64,000 nt of DNA from an uncultured Spirochaetaceae bacterium (lineage in GTDB: Bacteria; Spirochaetota; Spirochaetia; Sphaerochaetales; Sphaerochaetaceae): assembly GCA_964482325.1 (NCBI GenBank), contig CAYZXD010000001.1, positions 3,461-67,460 on the forward strand. The letters run 5' to 3'. How positions within the stretch are numbered: the stretch's first letter is position 1; each line of letters begins with the position of its first letter. The translations under genes were made by a program, and so were the position numbers. This document shows, in pieces, positions 57,661-64,000 of this stretch. A model generated the notes under the pieces. That model was not told the DNA's origin. It saw only the letters and a program-made list of their open reading frames with translations, and ran no database searches.

Positions 57661-58929
57661 ATGGATCTAAAAGATTTTAGTAAAGAGATAGAACGGTGCA
57701 GTGCCTGCTCGTACTGCAAGTGGATTCCCTTTGATCAGGTACAAAGTATCCGGTATGCGAAGAACTGTCCGAGCATCGATTATTTTAACTTCAATAATTA
57801 TTCTGCCCGGGGTAGGTATCTTACCAGCCGTTCGGTTTTGCGGGACCAAGTAGAACTTACCGAAGAGGTGATGGATATTGCTCATACCTGTCTTACCTGT
57901 GGAGCATGCGATGTTGCGTGTAAAATTAGTCGCTATAACCTTGAACCACTTGAGATGACTAAAGCGCTGAAAGCGGAACTCGTACAGAAAGGAGTTTTTC
58001 CCGAACCTCAAAAAGCCCTGTTGGAGAATCTGAAAAAAGAGCTCAACATCTTTGGAGAAGATCGGAAAACCCGAGGAGCCTGGGCAGAAGGTCTTGGCTT
58101 AAAGGATCTTTCTACAGAAAAAGCTGATGTAGTGTTCCATGCTGGATGCAGTTATAGTTATCAAAATGAACTTTCCGGTACCGTACGTACTGCAGTACAG
58201 ATTTTGAAACAATCAGGTGTCGATTTTGGCATCATGGGGAATGCAGAGATGTGTTGTGGAGCCCGAATTAACTCCATGGGACATACGGAAGCCTATGAAA
58301 AGCTAGCGAAAGCAAATATTAAAGCCTGGAAAAAGGCTGGAGTGACCACGATCGTAACCGCGTGTTCTGATGGATACCATGCCTTTAAACGACTCTATCC
58401 CGAGTTAGGTGGCGATTTTATCGTGTATCATATTGTCGAATACATTGATCAATTAATTGCAGATGGGAAACTGAAATTCACCAAAGAAGTTCCGCTTACC
58501 GTCACCTATCATGATCCATGTCATCTCGGGCGACAGGGAGAGGAATATGAAAAGTGGGATGGCAAGGAAGTAAAATTCCTCAATCAGATCGTCATGCATG
58601 AACCGAAAAAGCCTCGTTATAATGGTAGTAACGGTATATATGATGAACCAAGGCGAATTCTTGCAAGTATTCCCGGAGTAAAGTTGCAGGAAATGGAGCG
58701 AATTCGAGAGTACAGTTACTGTTGTGGCGCAGGAGGAGGAGCCCGAGAAAGTTATCCCGAATACTCTGGCTGGGTAGCTAACGAGAGACTTCATGAAGCT
58801 GCCGATACGGGAGCTGAAGCTTTGGTAACGGCGTGCCCATGGTGTAAATCTAACTTCTCAGATGCACAGAAGGGACAAGGTTCCATGGAAATTGTGGATA
58901 TTCTCGATCTCGTGCAACGAGCACTTTAA
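57661..58929 (+). CDS. 4Fe-4S + CCG-domain protein (GlcF/GlpC/HdrD-like)
   Basis: CSACSYC, CLTCGACDVAC, CCGA twice, YHDPCHLGR, TACPWC. Confidence 0.9.
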   Translation: MDLKDFSKEIERCSACSYCKWIPFDQVQSIRYAKNCPSIDYFNFNNYSARGRYLTSRSVLRDQVELTEEVMDIAHTCLTCGACDVACKISRYNLEPLEMTKALKAELVQKGVFPEPQKALLENLKKELNIFGEDRKTRGAWAEGLGLKDLSTEKADVVFHAGCSYSYQNELSGTVRTAVQILKQSGVDFGIMGNAEMCCGARINSMGHTEAYEKLAKANIKAWKKAGVTTIVTACSDGYHAFKRLYPELGGDFIVYHIVEYIDQLIADGKLKFTKEVPLTVTYHDPCHLGRQGEEYEKWDGKEVKFLNQIVMHEPKKPRYNGSNGIYDEPRRILASIPGVKLQEMERIREYSYCCGAGGGARESYPEYSGWVANERLHEAADTGAEALVTACPWCKSNFSDAQKGQGSMEIVDILDLVQRAL

Positions 58930-58942
58930 GAGGGAGATGATT

Positions 58943-60607
58943 ATGAGTTTGACAGATACACATTATCAAGAACTAGAAGCAATTGTAGGAAAAAGGAACA
59001 TTTCACGAGACCCTGCGGTGCTCGATGGGTACCGATACAATCTCTCTCATACCGCCATACACCTAGGTCCTCATTTCGATGTGCTTACCCCAAGAGGTGC
59101 AGCGGTATTACTTCCCGGTAACACGGAAGAAGTGCAGGCGATTGTGAAATTCTGTAATCGGCATAAGATCAAATTTAAACCGTCATCAACCTTCTGGTCT
59201 GCACAAGGGTATCCGAATGATAATGAAACCATTGTGCTCGATATGCGGCGAATGGATCGGATTCTAGAAATAGATGAAAAAAACATGGTAGCGGTAGTGG
59301 AACCTGGGGTAATCGGAGCTACATTGCAGGCTGAGACCATGAAACGGGGTTTGAACTGCCATATCCAAGGTTCAGGTTGTTCGTGTTCCATCCTCGCAGG
59401 GGCTACCGCTTGGCTCGGTTCCGGTCCTGGTAATTTGTACGGTGGATGGCAGTATGAGAACCTGCTGGGTACTGAGTGGGTTCTCCCTACTGGAGAAATT
59501 CTCAGAACGGGATCTCTGGTGAACGATGCATCTGCGTGGTATTGCGGAGAAGGTCCTGGGCCAAGTATGCGCGGAGTTCTTCGTGGAATGTTTGGCACAA
59601 AAGGATCCCTCGGCGTATTTACCAAGTGTGCCGTAAAGTTGCATGCATGGCCGGGTCCTCAGAAACTTCCGGTCTATGGAAAAGCTCCTGCATATACTAC
59701 CAAGCTTCCCGCTAACTTTAGAGCCTACACATTGGGATTCCCTGATTGGAAATCTTGGGCTGATACTGCTCACATGCTCTGGGACAATGGGATTGGGTAC
59801 ACTGGTCACCGACAGTTTAACTTCCTCGGAAGGGATCTTAAATGGGCAATGATTCAAATTCTTACCGATCCTAGTAAAACTATTTCTGATTTGGAAGAAT
59901 TGATGAAAGAACCAGGTTATGCTGAAGCAAATCAGTCGATGAAGATTGATTTCCAACTCATCGTAACAGGCATGACACAGCGTGATTTTGACTGGCAGGA
60001 AGAGACGCTGAATGAAATTCTTTCTATTACCGGTGGGTATATAGTAGAGTGTATGGAGACAGAACACCTGCGCAATTACACCTTGTTGTACCTGCTTCGT
60101 CTCGGTCATAAGGCACTGAATCTAGTATACGGTGGAGGATATGACGGAAACTTTGGTATGATCAACTCCATTGATTTCGGTGCACAACGAGCCGAGGAGG
60201 CGGGAGCCTTCAAACGTGAGTGGGAAGAAAAAGGCCAGATTGTCCAAGCTGGTGGCGATTGCATGATGGGCCCCATTGGTGGCCAAGGTGGTGGAGGTAC
60301 CGGATTGTGGGAAAACTTTACCTGTTTCGATAGTTCAGATAAAGAATCCACTGATGGAGCTCTCGCATTCTTTGACGCATCTTTTGCCTATACCAAAGAA
60401 AAGGGCTGGAGTGGCTGCGGATTTGAAAAGCTTAATTCACTCGCACGTGGATATGATGGGTATGAAACTCCAAAAGAGATTCGTGATGCCGGACACGCAC
60501 ATGCACCTCAACCCGCAATATTCCGTTATCAGAATAAAGTCTATCAGGCTGTGAATCCACTAGATCTGGGAGATACCTACTACGAACGGCTTGACGACCA
60601 ACAGTAA
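58943..60607 (+). CDS. Second FAD-binding oxidoreductase (VAO/PCMH-type family)
   Basis: LLPGNTEEVQ, LDMRRMDRILEID, VEPGV, GSLGVFTK; AGGGAG RBS supports ATG 58943. Confidence 0.85.
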   Translation: MSLTDTHYQELEAIVGKRNISRDPAVLDGYRYNLSHTAIHLGPHFDVLTPRGAAVLLPGNTEEVQAIVKFCNRHKIKFKPSSTFWSAQGYPNDNETIVLDMRRMDRILEIDEKNMVAVVEPGVIGATLQAETMKRGLNCHIQGSGCSCSILAGATAWLGSGPGNLYGGWQYENLLGTEWVLPTGEILRTGSLVNDASAWYCGEGPGPSMRGVLRGMFGTKGSLGVFTKCAVKLHAWPGPQKLPVYGKAPAYTTKLPANFRAYTLGFPDWKSWADTAHMLWDNGIGYTGHRQFNFLGRDLKWAMIQILTDPSKTISDLEELMKEPGYAEANQSMKIDFQLIVTGMTQRDFDWQEETLNEILSITGGYIVECMETEHLRNYTLLYLLRLGHKALNLVYGGGYDGNFGMINSIDFGAQRAEEAGAFKREWEEKGQIVQAGGDCMMGPIGGQGGGGTGLWENFTCFDSSDKESTDGALAFFDASFAYTKEKGWSGCGFEKLNSLARGYDGYETPKEIRDAGHAHAPQPAIFRYQNKVYQAVNPLDLGDTYYERLDDQQ

Positions 60608-60617
60608 TAACAATGGG

Positions 60618-60643
60618 ACGCTCCCTGCATGTGCAGGGGGTGT
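60618..60643. terminator. Hairpin between convergent operons
   Basis: 11-bp stem ACGCTCCCTGC-ATGT-GCAGGGGGTGT. Confidence 0.6.
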
Positions 60644-61569
60644 TACCAACTTCCCCAGGCAATATCACTTCCGATGGTTACCGTAACATCCCAAAGGGCA
60701 TCTGCTGATACAGCAATGGATGATGATAGATATCCGAAGAGCCATGGGGTCATCTCGATATCCGTTCTGAGGGCTATTTCACCAGATATATTCCACTGAC
60801 TTAATTGAGTGAGATACTCCCAGTATCCCGCTGGTGAAACGTGAACTTGTAATCGCCGTGTCGGGGCATAGGTAAATTCAGAGCGCAACACGCCCGAAAT
60901 TCCTTCGCGGGTATTATCTTGCGAAGTGCGATAGGTGAACGAGCCATAGGTTATCCAATTCCCCTTCAGGCCGATGAGTTGACTCAGCTGTAGATCTAAA
61001 GAGGCAAGAACGTCAGTTTCTCCAGATGCGAAATAGGTATCGACATCACCGCTGATTCCCACCGTGTATGACAATTCAACTTTCGGCGCATGGATAAACC
61101 CGACTTTAATTCCGTTAACAATACTTTCCTGTGTCGATGATCCGCGATAAGACACGAAGGGATTTATCGCACGGTAGCCGAAAAATTTTCGGTAGGTGAT
61201 ATCCCAATCGGGAAAGAGGTATGATGAACTGTCCTCATTTCCACCGATTGAACCTTCGGCAGTAACAGCGGCATATAATTCATCGTCAGCAAGAAACCAA
61301 GTACTATCTACCTGCATCAGTAACCGGTCAGAGGTATTGGTGAAGTTGAGATCAATTTCACCCTCCCCTGAAAACGCCGCATGAAGATACATATCGGGAT
61401 CTATAAGTGTCCGATAATCCAGGTTTCCCCGCATACCGATGCTTCCAGTATCATCGGTGATATCATAGATACCCTGTATGCCGACGAATCCGGTAGTCTG
61501 AGCGGGAAGGGCAGAGACCATGCCGCTGAGGATGAAACAGATGATTACGATGATTGTTGATAAACGCAT
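60643..61569 (-). CDS. Secreted, probably outer-membrane beta-barrel protein of unknown function
   Basis: Signal peptide, alternating amphipathic beta-strand pattern, aromatic C-terminus. Confidence 0.65.
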   Translation of the reverse strand: MRLSTIIVIICFILSGMVSALPAQTTGFVGIQGIYDITDDTGSIGMRGNLDYRTLIDPDMYLHAAFSGEGEIDLNFTNTSDRLLMQVDSTWFLADDELYAAVTAEGSIGGNEDSSSYLFPDWDITYRKFFGYRAINPFVSYRGSSTQESIVNGIKVGFIHAPKVELSYTVGISGDVDTYFASGETDVLASLDLQLSQLIGLKGNWITYGSFTYRTSQDNTREGISGVLRSEFTYAPTRRLQVHVSPAGYWEYLTQLSQWNISGEIALRTDIEMTPWLFGYLSSSIAVSADALWDVTVTIGSDIAWGSW

Positions 61570-61581
61570 AGGGGAATTCCT

Positions 61582-62277
61582 TTATCGAGTAAGTCGTTGT
61601 AATTGAGCGAAAGAATGACTTTCAGCTGCAAATCTGATGATTCGCTCTGCCATTTCTGATACGGGTATATGCCGAGATAGTGCTTCTTGAAACAATGTGA
61701 TCACATTACGATATTCATCACTTGAGATCTCTGACTGCGTTAATGATTTAATAATATGCATACTTGTCCGGTCATCAATCTCCCATTGATGCAATGCGAG
61801 CAGAAGGCCCCCCGCATGACGTAACTGATCATACGATCCGTCTGCGAGTTGTAACAGCTCAAGCATATGCTGTTGACCGATCCCTTCCTTGATCAGCGTA
61901 GCGATACGATTCCAGTGCGCGGTATCTTTCAGGAACCCTTCACCTCGAACTGGTCCCAAAGCGGTGTATACCAAGGTGCGGGCAGATTCCAAAACCGCCA
62001 TATCCTGCTGCAAAGCTGCCTCTATTTTTTGTAGGGGTATCTTCTTGGCTACTCCCTCCTGAATCCTGAGAATAAGATAGTCGGTAGGAAGTTCCTGCTC
62101 TTCTGCCTGCTCTATCAGGGGTATTATTCGTTCCTGTTCGGTCTTCTGCAATTGCAGGCGATTCAGTGCCTCATATGCCTGCACATTTCTGATACCTCCC
62201 GAAAGCATAGCTGCGGGAAGTATCAGGAGGATGATACCGAGTGAAAGCTTTGCACAAACAAGAGTCCGTTTCGCCAT
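61582..62277 (-). CDS. Exported alpha-helical protein of unknown function
   Basis: N-terminal signal/TM, helical body; tightly packed in the ECF operon. Confidence 0.75.
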   Translation of the reverse strand: MAKRTLVCAKLSLGIILLILPAAMLSGGIRNVQAYEALNRLQLQKTEQERIIPLIEQAEEQELPTDYLILRIQEGVAKKIPLQKIEAALQQDMAVLESARTLVYTALGPVRGEGFLKDTAHWNRIATLIKEGIGQQHMLELLQLADGSYDQLRHAGGLLLALHQWEIDDRTSMHIIKSLTQSEISSDEYRNVITLFQEALSRHIPVSEMAERIIRFAAESHSFAQLQRLTR

Positions 62278-62286
62278 ATCGATCAG

Positions 62287-62856
62287 TTACCTTTGCTGTC
62301 CTCCAGCATGGAAGGGGCGGTTGCTTAATGACCTGCCACCAGGGGTTCCCAGCGATCCGAAAGCCCGTTGCAATGCGAAATTATTGCGTCCGGTCTGCTG
62401 CTGTCTTGAATTAATAGCCTGTTGCACGTTTTCTCTGATCTGCTTGCCGATATCGAGCGTTTGCCCCAGCTGTTGTTTCAGTGCTACTTCATGTACCCCT
62501 TGTGCAATTGTTTGTGCGATAAATTGATTCTGAAATCCAAGCTGGTGCATGTTCTGTACCTGATGAGCAGCCTCGTATGCCATTCTTACCCGAAATTCTG
62601 CCATTTCTGTTGATTCTTCAGGTGCATTGTGTGTTCCCTGATGTAACGCATAGGCCACCATCGCCGGATCAACACGGTCGAGATTTTCCCAGTTGATCAG
62701 CCGTGCCTGATTGCGAAACTGTGTCAGTTCCTCTTCAGTCCATGCCCGTTGTCGCAACTGATATGCAACTTGTTCCCAAAATGGTTCCTCTGTTGCCGCA
62801 AAGGCAGTGCTCAGCACTATGAGAAACAGCACTCCTACAATTACTAATTTTTTCAT
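62287..62856 (-). CDS. Secreted Gln-rich helical protein of unknown function
   Basis: Signal peptide MKKLVIVGVLFLIVLSTAFA, AGGAG RBS, low-complexity tail. Confidence 0.78.
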   Translation of the reverse strand: MKKLVIVGVLFLIVLSTAFAATEEPFWEQVAYQLRQRAWTEEELTQFRNQARLINWENLDRVDPAMVAYALHQGTHNAPEESTEMAEFRVRMAYEAAHQVQNMHQLGFQNQFIAQTIAQGVHEVALKQQLGQTLDIGKQIRENVQQAINSRQQQTGRNNFALQRAFGSLGTPGGRSLSNRPFHAGGQQR

Positions 62857-62871
62857 ACTATCTTCTCCTTG

Positions 62872-63483
62872 CTATAATTCCAATACTGAATTGACCCCGC
62901 CAAATCCATCGTCCACTGTGAGGTAGGCATTCGGATCGGCGATCCAATCTTTTCCATCTATAATAAACTGATACCGGTAGTCAGTTCCTTTTTCCAATTG
63001 TAATTCTATTTCCCAGACCCCCTGCTGAGTATGCTTTGCCAGATGATGGGTTTCGGTATCCCATCCATTCCAATCCCCCGCAACCACTACAGTTTCTGCT
63101 TCGGGTGCTTCAAGCGAAAGCGTGATTTGCTGAACATTTGCATCTGGTTCACTGAACGGGGTCCTCTCACGCGTAAAGGGGATGAGCATGAGCACTGCCA
63201 CAGCTGCAATAAGTGCAATCTTACCACCGGGAAATTGCCGGGATTTGCGAGTTTTATGCATTACTGCTCGTGTGATACGCTGCACAGCATCTGCAGGTGC
63301 AGTTGCAGCATATCCGGTAATTCCGAGTGTTTGATTTGCTGCAGCAAAATGCACCGAACAGGCGTGGCAATGAGCAATGTGAATCAATACTGCATCATCA
63401 AGAGTTTCTTCGGTATGCGGTTCTTGAAGCAGCTGTCCGGCAACCCACGTATTGATTGCTGTATGACATGTCTCACAATCCAT
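62872..63483 (-). CDS. Zinc-binding anti-sigma factor with TM and C-terminal CBM48/AMPK-type glycogen-binding domain
   Basis: HIAHCHAC (HxxxCxxC), TM IALIAAVAVLMLIPF, APEAETVVVAGDWNGW...GVW...YRYQFIIDG..W..DP......DGFGG.NS. Confidence 0.88.
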   Translation of the reverse strand: MDCETCHTAINTWVAGQLLQEPHTEETLDDAVLIHIAHCHACSVHFAAANQTLGITGYAATAPADAVQRITRAVMHKTRKSRQFPGGKIALIAAVAVLMLIPFTRERTPFSEPDANVQQITLSLEAPEAETVVVAGDWNGWDTETHHLAKHTQQGVWEIELQLEKGTDYRYQFIIDGKDWIADPNAYLTVDDGFGGVNSVLEL

Positions 63484-63539
63484 GATTCGTTCTCCTCTCA
63501 TCTCCTACTTCCCATATACGCTACAGTGCTTCTGAGGTT

Positions 63540-64000
63540 TCATCGTGGCGGATCAATTTGCCAATCATGGTTCTCCATCCATCGGGCAAGTTGTTCTCTG
63601 CACCGATGAAGTCGGTTTTTCACTGTACCTTCCGGAATATGGAGTACCTGAGATGTCTCCTGAACAGAAAGACCCTGCATGATGCGTAATACAAATACCT
63701 GCCGGTGTGATTCAGGAACTTCCTGTAAGGCTCGTATCAGGAGGGTCTCAGCTTCATTCGCTACAGCCATCTCTTCTGGATCTTCACTGTTTGTATCTGC
63801 AAGAGTAAGTAAAATCGTATCATCAAGTTCAAGCGGTTTTATCTGTTTCCCCCTCCGCTTTTTCCGTCGCCGGCTACGGATATAGTTGATGGCAATGGTA
63901 TAGGACCAGGAAAAGAAAGAGCGTCCTGTTGAGAATGTGGGGAGGGCACGGAAAATCCGGAGAAAAATTTCCTGCACATCATCTTCCCGATTCTCTGGGG
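63540..64000 (-). CDS. ECF RNA polymerase sigma factor, 5'-truncated by the window edge
   Basis: Frame open to the edge (...PENREDDVQEIFLRIFR), FFSWSYTIAIN, region 4 RQVFVLR...GLSVQETS..L.IPEGTVKNRLHR. Confidence 0.93.
   Translation of the reverse strand, partial: PENREDDVQEIFLRIFRALPTFSTGRSFFSWSYTIAINYIRSRRRKKRRGKQIKPLELDDTILLTLADTNSEDPEEMAVANEAETLLIRALQEVPESHRQVFVLRIMQGLSVQETSQVLHIPEGTVKNRLHRCREQLARWMENHDWQIDPPR

Noticed and set aside
1-64000. CRISPR array, rRNA, prophage, reverse transcriptase or intact IS
   Set aside because: No regularly spaced repeats or hallmark genes seen by eye

Overview
Bacterial chromosomal window, GC roughly mid-40s % by eye. It most resembles a free-living spirochaete (Sphaerochaeta-like); this is an inference from signal-peptide style, gene content and a tRNA-Val(CAC). 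It has about 55 genes and no rRNA, CRISPR array, prophage or intact mobile element. Left third: a partial CHASE3/PAS sensor, an osmo/oxidative-stress group (ablAB for N-epsilon-acetyl-beta-lysine, catalase, MscS, MsrA), a probably leaderless polyprenyl synthase-arcA pair, an unannotated 29-aa hydrophobic peptide gene with a structured 3' UTR, a DUF1566 pseudogene, tRNA-Val, c-di-GMP enzymes and a Thermotoga-type Na+-pyrophosphatase. The centre (about 27.7-42.9 kb) is the most striking part. An IS1634 remnant flanks an exopolysaccharide-like locus: CE4 deacetylase, GH16, a HEAT-repeat/GT2 synthase fusion, an ODP di-iron O2 sensor fused to degenerate GGDEF and REC domains, and a large clan-A glycoside hydrolase-like protein. 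Next to it are a REC-HD-GYP regulator, an ICMT-like methyltransferase and a 7TM-GAF-PAS histidine kinase with a C-terminal N-acyl-amino-acid-synthase/LuxI-fold domain. Right third: an RpiR-regulated ygcU/ETF/ygcW/ygcE module, a divergent ThDP enzyme, a TetR-regulated TRAP plus FAD/FeS/FAD oxidoreductase module with identifiable operators, and a partial ECF sigma operon whose zinc anti-sigma factor carries a CBM48 glycogen-binding domain. All family calls come from motif recognition by eye; no searches were run.
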